The notes under the pieces are model-generated. The model was not told where the DNA came from. It did no database searches and saw only the letters and a program-made list of their open reading frames with translations. This document shows, piece by piece, positions 17,189-25,384 of a DNA stretch of 32,000 nt (its first letter is position 1; every line of letters begins with the position of its first letter). The stretch is taken from positions 90,001-122,000 of the forward strand of contig JBAZRV010000001.1 of NCBI GenBank assembly GCA_041662745.1, given 5' to 3'. The stretch is from Patescibacteria group bacterium (GTDB lineage: Bacteria > Patescibacteriota > Patescibacteriia > 2-01-FULL-39-33). The position numbers and the translations under genes were made by a program.

Positions 17189-18421
17189 ATGGGAGGACTA
17201 TCATTTTTTGGCCAGGGATTAAGCACGGTTGACATTACCCCCTCTGACTTAAGACGATCTGCTGACGAGCTTAACAGATTAGTCGGTGAGGATTTTACCA
17301 ACGGCGGCAGCATGGATTTTGCTTTGCTGGAGGATACCGACGAATACGTCAAATATTTCGCTCAGCAACTCCGGGTAATAAAAATCCTGCTGTCCTGGTG
17401 CCATAAAATCGGCAACGATGCCGGCAACCAAACCGGCATCATTATTGATTTTCTAAAACGTTTTTCTTACACCCTGGAATGCCTGCGGATGAAATACGTC
17501 CACAATAACCAGCATCGCCTGCGGGTGGACTTGACCGAATCCGGCTTCCCCAATTTTATTGAGCCGGATAATTTGAGAATTGATCTTCTGCAACGCGACG
17601 AACGATTGGCCAGTTTGCCCGGATCGGATCGCCTGAAAAAGTCAGCGCTGGAATATATGTTCAGCCATCTGGCCGAAGCCGAGGATATTTTGGCGATTTT
17701 GGGCGAACGATCTTATTTTTCCATGCTGACGGAAGACAAGTTGTTCCTGCCGTTTACGGCCGGAGAACTGGCAATCTTGAAGTCAGACAACCCTAAAGCG
17801 CGTTATTACAGTTTCGCTTGGGCTTGTTTTGACTTTGCCACTAACCGTCCCTATTTATATCTGATGCATTTTGCATACGATAATGATTGCGAACCGCTGG
17901 AAGAACGCGGCCAGAACTGGAAAGAATTCCGGCACATCATCACCAATGTCGGCTCGCGGGCTCCCCAGCTCGGCATCCTGGCTTTGGACATTGATGATCG
18001 CTTGGCTAACGTTCATCCTAAGGCCGTCAGGCGCATCAGTTTGGGCCCGCTATATTCCAAGTTCCTTTGCAATAACCCGTCAGCAACCGCTGACAAGTGG
18101 CAGGAGGCTTGGTGTCGGATTATGACGGAATTCAGTCGGAAGGAAGACGATTTTGTCTTGTTGCTGACCGAAGAAGAAGTCATTTCCGAACGGCAAGAAG
18201 TTTATGGCCGACCCCTGCGTCGCAAAGTCCGGGAGATCTTTAAAATCAATGAACTCTCTATGGAATGTCTGAACCGGCAAGTTTCCGCAGTCAAGCATTA
18301 TTGCGTTTTGCCTCATTGTTTGTTGCAACAGGCCGTCAATGATCCCCAGCTTTGCGAGTTGGGCTTTGCCGGTTTTAAATGCGTAACCTTCAACGGGGAG
18401 GATTCAATTAATGGGAGATAA
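17189..18421 (+). CDS. hypothetical cytoplasmic protein (410 aa) with an N-terminal FFGQGL motif
   Basis: I place the start at the ATG at 17189, preceded by AAAGGAG 5 nt upstream (the track start at 17135 lies inside the terminator hairpin). The N-terminus MGGLSFFGQGLSTVDITPSDLRRSADELNRLVG matches the N-terminus of the 20448 protein. No known domain recognised. Its stop overlaps the AAA+ start by 11 nt. Confidence 0.7.
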   Translation: MGGLSFFGQGLSTVDITPSDLRRSADELNRLVGEDFTNGGSMDFALLEDTDEYVKYFAQQLRVIKILLSWCHKIGNDAGNQTGIIIDFLKRFSYTLECLRMKYVHNNQHRLRVDLTESGFPNFIEPDNLRIDLLQRDERLASLPGSDRLKKSALEYMFSHLAEAEDILAILGERSYFSMLTEDKLFLPFTAGELAILKSDNPKARYYSFAWACFDFATNRPYLYLMHFAYDNDCEPLEERGQNWKEFRHIITNVGSRAPQLGILALDIDDRLANVHPKAVRRISLGPLYSKFLCNNPSATADKWQEAWCRIMTEFSRKEDDFVLLLTEEEVISERQEVYGRPLRRKVREIFKINELSMECLNRQVSAVKHYCVLPHCLLQQAVNDPQLCELGFAGFKCVTFNGEDSINGR

Positions 18422-20363
18422 AAACGGCTCATGCGTGCCGATTACGGCAGAGCAACTCAAGCCTTTTGATGTTTTTGCCGGCAAATTGATACAAAGCGCC
18501 GGTTGGCAACCCAAAAAGCCGCTAACGGCGCCTTCAGCCGACGGCGGATTAAAATTTAGCGAATCAATGCCGATGGAAGAAAGAATCAATTGGCTGGAAC
18601 TCATTAAACAGTACAACCCCAACGGAATCATTAATTCCGCCAACGTCAACCAACTGCTCAATTCCTTGTACACGGGAATCGGCATCGGCTGTTACGTAGT
18701 GGAAATGTATGCTAAAAGTTCGGGATTGGCCAAATTGCTTGATGACAATTCGCGTCAACGGCTGAATGAAGGACAAAAAGCGGAATTTTCCAAAAAGCTG
18801 GCAACGGCTGCGGCCGTCGCCCAGTTCAGCTTCGCTTCCTTCGTCTCTTGGTCATTGTCGCGTTACCAAGGCGAAAAACTTGATTCCCTGTCTATGGATT
18901 TTCCCGGTTATCCGGAAATCTGCTTGACTGACTACTTGCGCGGTTTCAACTGCCTGTTAGTCTACATGGGAAAGTTCGTCAAAGAATCGGGAAAAATCAG
19001 AACTGATCTGGATCTTCTGAAGGCCGTCCAAGTGGCGGCTCAGGGAGCGCTGGACGAAATCAAACTGCGTCGCGACTCGTTGGAATACACCCAATTCTTC
19101 ACCGATGTGGCGTACAAGCTGGAAGGCGAAGATTTTACTATTTCCGGTTTTGAAAACAGATTAAACAACGGCACGATTGGCGTGGAGTTTAAGCGGGTTG
19201 ACATCAAAACCATTGTCGGCAATCGCGATGCCAAGCGTTTTTTCCAACGATTGGCTGTACGCGCGGCTTGCTATAAAGTGGCGGAGAGACGCAACGTCAT
19301 GTACGATTTAGGGGGTATGCCGGCCGCCAGCATCGGCTTTGGCATTCCCGGTACGGGTAAAACCATGATGATTGGCGCTTTTTCCACGATGCTTTACGAT
19401 CTCTGTAAGTGGCTGGAATTGCCCTATGTATTTGATCCTCATCCTCCCAATATCGTTTCTACCTACCAAGGCGGATCCAGAGAACGGGCCGAGGAGTGGT
19501 GGCAACGCATCTTGAATCCCAATAGGATTTCCTTCGGTCCGGCCGATGATGCTGAAGTTAATTATGAAGACAGGACCCGCCCAGGCGTGTCTGCCGGCGT
19601 CCGTGAAGTTATCGGCGCGGCTCTAACCAACCTGGAAGGGGCCTCAGCTATTTGGCGAGGCAACGCCGTAGTATTTTTTCTAACCAATATCCCCGATCAA
19701 CTGGATCCGGCTTTGCTGTCGCGCATTGTAACCCGTTTCAAAATTGATGGGGCTACCACCTGGCAGGATTTCCTGGACCAGGACCACTTATGGTGGAAAC
19801 GCATTGCCGAAATCGATCCTGCTTTCATTGCCATGGCCGATCCTGACGATTACGAATACTTGTTTGCTCAACGCCTGATCGGCAGCATGGCCGAGACTTA
19901 CATAGGCTATCAGCAACCAAGGGAACGGGTCATTCTGGATATTTTCAACCGCGTGAATAAAGAACGCGACATAAAGGAACAAAAGTTTTTTGCTCAACTC
20001 TATCAAGAAATCCAAAAACAATTTCCCAAATTCAGTTCGCGCGATGTCCGTAATATCCAACGGGCCGTTGACGATCGGTTGTTAGACTTTGATTTTCCTG
20101 AGGCCTGGATGTCCGATCCGGAAATATTTTTCCGTCAGCCTTACGACCGGCAAAAAATCATGGTGTTGGAATTAATGCGAGAGAATATGCAAGGAAAATC
20201 GTTCGCGGAAATCAGATTCCAAGAGGCGATGCGCTATCTGGACAATATGGTGGCGATTGTTGACCTGGGCCATCGTCGCGAAGTGGAACGAGCAAGCGAA
20301 CAAATGATGATCCAAGCGGAAGCCAGCCGGGCAATCCAAAGCCGATTGGAACCGCGCAAATAA
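18411..20363 (+). CDS. AAA+ ATPase, classical-AAA-like module with unknown N- and C-terminal domains (650 aa)
   Basis: SD GGGGAGGA upstream. Motifs: N-linker VDIKTIVGNRDAKRFF; Walker A GIPGTGKT (19341-19364); pore-loop-like TYQGGS; sensor-1/SRH FFLTNIPDQLDPALLSRIVTRFKIDG (compare ATNRPDxLDPALLRPGRFD of FtsH/Cdc48/Vps4-type AAA). The Walker B region reads RISFGPADDAEV, which is non-canonical. Confidence 0.85.
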   Translation: MGDKNGSCVPITAEQLKPFDVFAGKLIQSAGWQPKKPLTAPSADGGLKFSESMPMEERINWLELIKQYNPNGIINSANVNQLLNSLYTGIGIGCYVVEMYAKSSGLAKLLDDNSRQRLNEGQKAEFSKKLATAAAVAQFSFASFVSWSLSRYQGEKLDSLSMDFPGYPEICLTDYLRGFNCLLVYMGKFVKESGKIRTDLDLLKAVQVAAQGALDEIKLRRDSLEYTQFFTDVAYKLEGEDFTISGFENRLNNGTIGVEFKRVDIKTIVGNRDAKRFFQRLAVRAACYKVAERRNVMYDLGGMPAASIGFGIPGTGKTMMIGAFSTMLYDLCKWLELPYVFDPHPPNIVSTYQGGSRERAEEWWQRILNPNRISFGPADDAEVNYEDRTRPGVSAGVREVIGAALTNLEGASAIWRGNAVVFFLTNIPDQLDPALLSRIVTRFKIDGATTWQDFLDQDHLWWKRIAEIDPAFIAMADPDDYEYLFAQRLIGSMAETYIGYQQPRERVILDIFNRVNKERDIKEQKFFAQLYQEIQKQFPKFSSRDVRNIQRAVDDRLLDFDFPEAWMSDPEIFFRQPYDRQKIMVLELMRENMQGKSFAEIRFQEAMRYLDNMVAIVDLGHRREVERASEQMMIQAEASRAIQSRLEPRK

Positions 20364-20376
20364 GGCCTCTCCCAAT

Positions 20377-20410
20377 GGAGGGGGTTACGGTAAAAAACCT
20401 AACCCCCTCC
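20377..20410 (+). other. intercistronic 11-bp stem-loop without a T-tract
   Basis: GGAGGGGGTTA-(12 nt)-TAACCCCCTCC starts 14 nt after the AAA+ stop and is followed by AAAATG rather than a U-run. It may be an mRNA stability or processing element. Confidence 0.55.
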
Positions 20411-20447
20411 AAAATGCTGGTGGGGCTAAACTGAGGAAAGGACGAAG

Positions 20448-21752
20448 ATGGATAAACTACTTGCCGATGCCGGATTATTCGGTCAGGGCTTGACCCTGAT
20501 AGATACGCCGCAACTTGTAGAAAGATACAACGATTGCCTTAAACGATTGGGCCTTCCCCCGACTCAACTAACGTCATTTTCCATTGACGGCATCGGTTGG
20601 TCGCCGGAAATAGCCCAGGAAACTGGCAATCCGCTGTATCTGTCGCATGGCGTGGCTAATCAACTGGCGATAATCATTTCGCCCGATCAAGAACATAAGC
20701 CGATTTACTTTCCCTTCAGTTCGTTTGATCGTTCGCTCCTGGCGGAGTTCTTCAAAAAATTCCGTCAAGCTATTACGGATATCACTACGACTTCCGGCAT
20801 AGCCCTGGATATTGATCAAGAACTGACGTCTTATGAAACGATCTTGGATTTGCTCTTAGTGGAGAACATCACGGTTATAAGTTATTGCGATAATTTGATC
20901 CAGGCGGCTCAACGTCAAAGAGAGCTGACGGAAAGATTCCTTGCCCCGGGCGACAACTGGGCCGACAGGGAATTGGCCCGGCAAATTATCGCCAGCGCTC
21001 AACAGTATGGCAATTTGCGGTACCGTACGGTAGAAATACCGGAATGGCGCTACGATAATCTGGGCTGTTTTTATAGCCGGGCGCTGGACGGCGTGTTTAT
21101 ATTCCGCAATCTGCCCGGCGGCGACTTTATGGTCGTTGAGAACGGCAAATTGGCCAGAAAGAACCGAGCGACGCAAATTGACATTTTTCAATTGACTGAC
21201 AAGCGTTTAATAGATCGTTTGGAAGAGGCCGGACTAATCGCTGTTGATCTCTCCTGGTATCGGGATCATCCCGAAATTTTGGAAGAAAAACGCGATTGTC
21301 TGCTGATTGACATTCTTTCTGCCGCTGATCCCGAAATTGATTATCTGCATTTGACTGAACCGCAAAAAAAATCGCGCTTAAGAAATCTCGGTGTCAAGCT
21401 TCCCAAAATTTACAAGGATCTGGAACGGCTGATCAAACGATTGGGGCAGGATGAGGTTGAAAGTTTTAATGAACTATCAGATGAACTTAAACTTTTGCTC
21501 CTGCAACCGCACCCGGATCTGGAAGAAGAAATGTGGGAATTGGTCGGCATGCTGATTGCGCGCTTGCAACCCTGGCGGTTGCTTATCACGTTTATCTGCG
21601 ATAAGAATCTGTTCTATAAACGCTATGATGACTGGCCGAAAGGAAAACGGCTTTGGGCCATCGCTACGTTGAAAGAACATTACCGGCCCAAAATGAATAT
21701 TCTAAGAGAACGAGCCGCTGAAGCAGAATCAACTGAAGACCTGCAAAAATAA
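20448..21752 (+). CDS. hypothetical cytoplasmic protein (434 aa) with an N-terminal LFGQGL motif
   Basis: SD GAGGAAAGGA upstream. The N-terminus MDKLLADAGLFGQGLTLIDTPQLVERYNDCLKRLG matches the 17189 protein. The remainder is helical and acidic, with no recognised domain. Confidence 0.7.
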   Translation: MDKLLADAGLFGQGLTLIDTPQLVERYNDCLKRLGLPPTQLTSFSIDGIGWSPEIAQETGNPLYLSHGVANQLAIIISPDQEHKPIYFPFSSFDRSLLAEFFKKFRQAITDITTTSGIALDIDQELTSYETILDLLLVENITVISYCDNLIQAAQRQRELTERFLAPGDNWADRELARQIIASAQQYGNLRYRTVEIPEWRYDNLGCFYSRALDGVFIFRNLPGGDFMVVENGKLARKNRATQIDIFQLTDKRLIDRLEEAGLIAVDLSWYRDHPEILEEKRDCLLIDILSAADPEIDYLHLTEPQKKSRLRNLGVKLPKIYKDLERLIKRLGQDEVESFNELSDELKLLLLQPHPDLEEEMWELVGMLIARLQPWRLLITFICDKNLFYKRYDDWPKGKRLWAIATLKEHYRPKMNILRERAAEAESTEDLQK

Positions 21753-21798
21753 ATTTTAATCGCTATCACCCTGAAACCGCAAAACAAGGAGGACAATC

Positions 21799-22590
21799 AT
21801 GCTGATTTTCTTATCTTACGCTCTGTTGTTTACCGCTCTCGGAATTTTTTGGTTCGGCATTGACAAATACTTCGGAGTAGTCGTCTTCTCTTTCGTTTAC
21901 AACCTAACCCACAGCAAGCGTTTGCCGGCCGATCGGGTTTCCGGTTTCATCTTGGGCCGCAAAGCGCGAGGACGATTCTACTCGGCTTTGCTTCTGGGTT
22001 TCGTCAATTGGCGGTCATGCCTCTACTTTATGACGCATGGCCCCGTAGTCAACTCTTTCCTCTTGCTACTGGCTGTCGTTTTTACGATGGTCGGCTTCTA
22101 TTGCGGTCCTATGGTCATGCGACTGTTGGGCAGACGCGACCAACTGCTTAAACATCTGGACGTAATTGACCAGATTGAAGCCGGAGAAATCCAAGTCGGC
22201 GATGAAGCCAAAAAGAAGGCCAAAAGCTGGTGGAAAAATTTAAAGGGCGGTTTAGCTGATTGGAAAAGCGCTCTCAGGGATGCGATCAACGCAACCAAAA
22301 ATCCGGAACAAGCCGCGGTTATTGACACGGCTCCCGCGGAAACGGAAGAGATGCCGGCAACGGCAGCGACCGAGCTATCCGCCCTGCAACAAGAACTTGC
22401 CGGTGTACAGGCCAGCATTAATCTTATGGGCGAGCAGGCCAAAACCGCTCCATCAAACAGTAATGGCGATGAGGCGATTCAACCACCAAATGAAAACCAT
22501 TTGAAAAAAGCGAAAGCCTGTCTGGAAAAATTTTCCCGAGGCGAGGATCCCGGCCTGGGGGCGTCCGATTCCGACCTCAAAAATGAATAG
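21799..22590 (+). CDS. membrane protein (about 4 TM) with a charged helical/disordered C-terminal half, hypothetical
   Basis: 263-aa protein with SD AAGGAGG 6 nt upstream. TM helices lie in residues 1-110. The C-terminal 150 aa are K/E/A-rich (..AKKKAKSWWKNLKGGLADWKSALRDAINATK..) with an acidic end. Confidence 0.7.
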   Translation: MLIFLSYALLFTALGIFWFGIDKYFGVVVFSFVYNLTHSKRLPADRVSGFILGRKARGRFYSALLLGFVNWRSCLYFMTHGPVVNSFLLLLAVVFTMVGFYCGPMVMRLLGRRDQLLKHLDVIDQIEAGEIQVGDEAKKKAKSWWKNLKGGLADWKSALRDAINATKNPEQAAVIDTAPAETEEMPATAATELSALQQELAGVQASINLMGEQAKTAPSNSNGDEAIQPPNENHLKKAKACLEKFSRGEDPGLGASDSDLKNE

Positions 22591-22598
22591 GAGAAGGC

Positions 22599-24224
22599 AT
22601 GATGAGTGAAAAACAAGATAAGGGCGGTCGGCTATACTGGCTGTTCAAACACAGCGCCGGCTGGGCGCTGAATTTTGCCAAACGCCACTGGCTGATTTTT
22701 ACCATCCTCCTGTTGGCAACTTGTCTGGAACTGTTTATCGCCCGAGGTTATGTGTACGGGTATATTATCACTGTCAGGAAATTCTTCGGTTCTTTTTTGG
22801 CAATAATTTCAGCCCTAGGCGTTTTCCGTTGGCTATACCGCAAATACCGTTGGCGCGGAAAACTATTGCTGGTAATCTTCTATTTGCTTGTTAGTTATGG
22901 CATTTATGAAGTCGGCAAACCGATTCATCATTACTTTGCGCAGTTTTACTGCTACAAAATAACTGATTTCGTAGAGCTGGATCAATTGCCGGAAACGGCC
23001 CATGAGCGGATCTTGCCGCTCAACTCCGTTTTCTCGCAAGCGCGGGAATTGGTGCAGGACAATGTCCAACCGGCCGAACCCCACTTCGTACGAATTGACG
23101 ACCAATACCGTTTCACTATGGGCATTGAACCCACTCCGCTTCTGCCCCGTATTTTTTCCGGAATCCGTCAAGTTTATAATATTGACGGCGCCTCCCCGTC
23201 GCCTGATTGGGGTTTGCAAAATCTGGTTGATGTCAGATTTGAAACCGGAGAAGGACTTAAGTGGAGCAGGAACACTTACATTGCCACCAGTCGCGCCTTC
23301 GGATTGTGGCGCTATTTCAACTATGAGCCGGACGGCGTTATCTACCTTAAAGACGACTCCGGAAAAATGGTGCAAGCGGTGCCACTGATCCGTTGGAAAG
23401 GGTTATTGTTTCCCCGGCCAACTTTTGGCGGCGTGCAAGTAATTGAACAATCGCCGGACGGCATCTGGCAAAGCCTCAGGCGAGTCCTGTTCGGCTGCGG
23501 TTATTATGTCTCGCCGGCCAAAATGAAAAACTATCCGTTCTTAAACGGACAGAACGTTCTATCTTACAAGGTGTCTCGTTATGTCGCTGAAAGCTTCAAA
23601 TTCCATAAAGGGCTTTCTGCTCCTCTGCCTTGGATCCATCGAGGCGATGTCAGAATCGCCAATATGCCCGAGGATATGAACGACCAACCATTCACTATCT
23701 TTTTCCGTCTGGGACAACTTGGCGGTAAAGATGCTCTTTATCACTACTTCTCACTTCAACCCTACTCGGAAAAATCGCAAGGGTTATCCGTTTCCCTGTT
23801 CGTGCCGGCTGATGGCCTGGGAAAAATATTTATCTTCTCTCATCACCAGAAAGAACCGATGCTGGGAGTGACCGCCGTAACCAATAAAGTCATCGGCGAT
23901 CATAAGTTTTTTGACTGGACAATCAATCGGCCGGTTGAACAACGGCCCTACATCACCAAAGTAAACGGCAAGATCCGCTTTTACTGGCTGACGACCGTCG
24001 TTACCCTGGACAATAAGGACGCCAAACATTATATTGCCGGCAGTCGTCCCGACGTAATCTTGACCGACGCGGCCAATCAATGCGTTTATTGGATGGAGTC
24101 AGCTGACTCCAGTGCTTGGAAAAAGCAACTGGAAGCGAATGTCAGTTTCAAGCCAGTTATGGGAGGACCGCCTCAAGCAGAAAAAGTGGAACCGGCGACG
24201 ATCCAGCCGATTTCCGCAGAATAA
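22599..24224 (+). CDS. membrane-anchored protein (about 3-4 N-terminal TM helices) with a ~420-aa probably extracytoplasmic domain, hypothetical
   Basis: 541-aa protein with SD AGGAGAAGG upstream; the start is ATG 22599 or 22602. TM helices lie in residues ~30-115. The rest is a W/Y/F/P/G-rich sequence that looks beta-rich, with no recognised motif. Confidence 0.7.
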   Translation: MMSEKQDKGGRLYWLFKHSAGWALNFAKRHWLIFTILLLATCLELFIARGYVYGYIITVRKFFGSFLAIISALGVFRWLYRKYRWRGKLLLVIFYLLVSYGIYEVGKPIHHYFAQFYCYKITDFVELDQLPETAHERILPLNSVFSQARELVQDNVQPAEPHFVRIDDQYRFTMGIEPTPLLPRIFSGIRQVYNIDGASPSPDWGLQNLVDVRFETGEGLKWSRNTYIATSRAFGLWRYFNYEPDGVIYLKDDSGKMVQAVPLIRWKGLLFPRPTFGGVQVIEQSPDGIWQSLRRVLFGCGYYVSPAKMKNYPFLNGQNVLSYKVSRYVAESFKFHKGLSAPLPWIHRGDVRIANMPEDMNDQPFTIFFRLGQLGGKDALYHYFSLQPYSEKSQGLSVSLFVPADGLGKIFIFSHHQKEPMLGVTAVTNKVIGDHKFFDWTINRPVEQRPYITKVNGKIRFYWLTTVVTLDNKDAKHYIAGSRPDVILTDAANQCVYWMESADSSAWKKQLEANVSFKPVMGGPPQAEKVEPATIQPISAE

Positions 24225-24300
24225 CAGTTAATCAAAAACATTTTTAACAAAAAAACAGACGAAACCGCCAAGAGCGACTCGTCATCAAAGGAGAACCATC

Positions 24301-24498
24301 ATGTTGGTTGCTGTCACTATTTTGATTATCGGTCTGTTCGTTGGGTACAAATTCAAGGTAGCGGAAAAATATCTGATGCCGTTCTGGCGCAATGTGATCA
24401 AGCCCTTCATTGTAACCAAGGTCAAGCCCTTCATCACGACGAAGGTCCTGCCGGCATTGGCAAGGCTCGTCAATGCCCCCGTGAACCGGCAACAATAA
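24301..24498 (+). CDS. small single-TM basic protein (65 aa) with an internal KPFI(V/T)TKV repeat
   Basis: SD AAAGGAG 7 nt upstream. It has an N-terminal TM helix (LVAVTILIIGLFVGY), then ..VIKPFIVTKVKPFITTKVLPAL... It is the last gene before the operon terminator. Confidence 0.6.
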   Translation: MLVAVTILIIGLFVGYKFKVAEKYLMPFWRNVIKPFIVTKVKPFITTKVLPALARLVNAPVNRQQ

Positions 24499-24514
24499 TA
24501 AGTACTTTCTCATT

Positions 24515-24546
24515 CCGTTCCGACGTTTTCGTCGGAACGGTTTTAT
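24515..24546 (+). terminator. rho-independent terminator of the AAA+ operon
   Basis: CCGTTCCGACG-TTTT-CGTCGGAACGG followed by TTTTAT. Confidence 0.8.
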
Positions 24547-24554
24547 ATTTGATC

Positions 24555-24579
24555 AAAAAATCCCGGCCTTAAACCGAGA
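24555..24579 (-). terminator. candidate terminator of the exonuclease gene
   Basis: The minus strand reads TCTCGG-TTTAAGG-CCGGGA followed by T6 (one G-U pair). Confidence 0.45.
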
Positions 24580-24597
24580 CTGAACCGCAACGCATTA

Positions 24598-25173
24598 TCA
24601 ATCATTAACCTTAAGCATTTGTTCCATTAAATTAATAAATACTTTGGCATTAACTTCCACATCGGGCATGGCGCGATGGGCATTACGATTCTCATGTCCG
24701 AAGTGACGGGCCACGGCTGTCAGATTATACTGCGGCAAAGACAGCAGTTTGCGAGACAATTCCAAAGTGTCAATCATCTTATTCTGCGGCGCGCTTAAAG
24801 CATGGCGCTGGACATGAGATAGGACAAACAGCCAATCAAAGTCTTTAATATTGTGGCCAACCATAATAGAATCACCGGCGAAAGACAAAAATTCAGCCAG
24901 CACCTGGCTGCCGGGACGGCCATTAACCAATAAATATATCTCATTTAGGCCGTTAATTTTCTCCACTTCCGGCGCAATCGGACGCGTGGGGCGGATCAAG
25001 GCCTCAAAACGAGCCAGCTCCTCACCGCCACGCAAACGAATGCCGGCGATTTCCAGAATTTCATCGCGCGCCGGATCCAGGCCGGAAGTTTCCAAATCAA
25101 AAACCGTAAATTCCGTCTTGAGAAAGCTCCGGTATTTCTCTTTCAGTTGTTCCGCTGTCATGTTGTTTGCCAT
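24598..25173 (-). CDS. DnaQ-like 3'-5' exonuclease (DEDDh, DNA polymerase III epsilon/PolC-exonuclease family)
   Basis: 191-aa protein. Exo I is VFDLETSGL, Exo II is VGHNIKDFDWLF, and Exo III is HRAMPDVEVNAKVF (H-x4-D). Confidence 0.85.
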   Translation of the reverse strand: MANNMTAEQLKEKYRSFLKTEFTVFDLETSGLDPARDEILEIAGIRLRGGEELARFEALIRPTRPIAPEVEKINGLNEIYLLVNGRPGSQVLAEFLSFAGDSIMVGHNIKDFDWLFVLSHVQRHALSAPQNKMIDTLELSRKLLSLPQYNLTAVARHFGHENRNAHRAMPDVEVNAKVFINLMEQMLKVND

Positions 25174-25182
25174 AATATGGAT

Positions 25183-25211
25183 ATATTAACTGAATAAAAA
25201 AAATAATTCAA
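25183..25211 (-). promoter_or_regulatory. promoter abutting the exonuclease start codon (leaderless-type arrangement)
   Basis: The minus strand reads TTGAAT-17 nt-TAATAT, with 9 nt between the -10 hexamer and the ATG at 25173. No SD. Confidence 0.5.
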
Positions 25212-25300
25212 CTTAATTGTTCGCCGATTAACAATAAAAAAATAATTTTAAAAAATATTATCGGCAGTTGTGGATAACTATTGTTGTCAGAAAAAAAATA

Positions 25301-25309
25301 TGCTATAAT
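25301..25309 (+). promoter_or_regulatory. extended -10 promoter element (TGcTATAAT)
   Basis: TGCTATAAT lies about 76 nt upstream of the micro-ORF ATG. No good -35, consistent with the extended -10 class. Confidence 0.45.
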
Positions 25310-25384
25310 ATATTCAGTTGAAATAGTTTTTGCAGAGAAAATCGTTTCAGCTTACACTTATAAAAGAAGGGAGGTGAGCTATTT

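Noticed and set aside
14430-24513. Numerous 60-170-aa minus-strand or alternate-frame ORFs overlapping the plus-strand cluster (e.g. 14430-14675, 15028-15384, 16410-16821, 18080-18776, 19788-20412, 20574-21191, 22098-22442, 22863-23375, 23784-24080, 24244-24513).
   Set aside because: Each is fully contained in, or overlaps, a longer plus-strand ORF that has an SD and coherent protein features. The overlapping frames have no SD and low-complexity or Arg/Leu-rich shadow-ORF composition.
25269-25277. A perfect DnaA box (TGTGGATAA, complement of TTATCCACA) in the AT-rich spacer between the exonuclease gene and the micro-ORF; possible oriC.
   Set aside because: I found only one perfect box, plus at best one weak relative (ATATGGATAT region). 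There is no dnaA or dnaN nearby and no obvious box cluster or AT-rich 13-mer array. A single 9-mer can occur by chance or serve local regulation.
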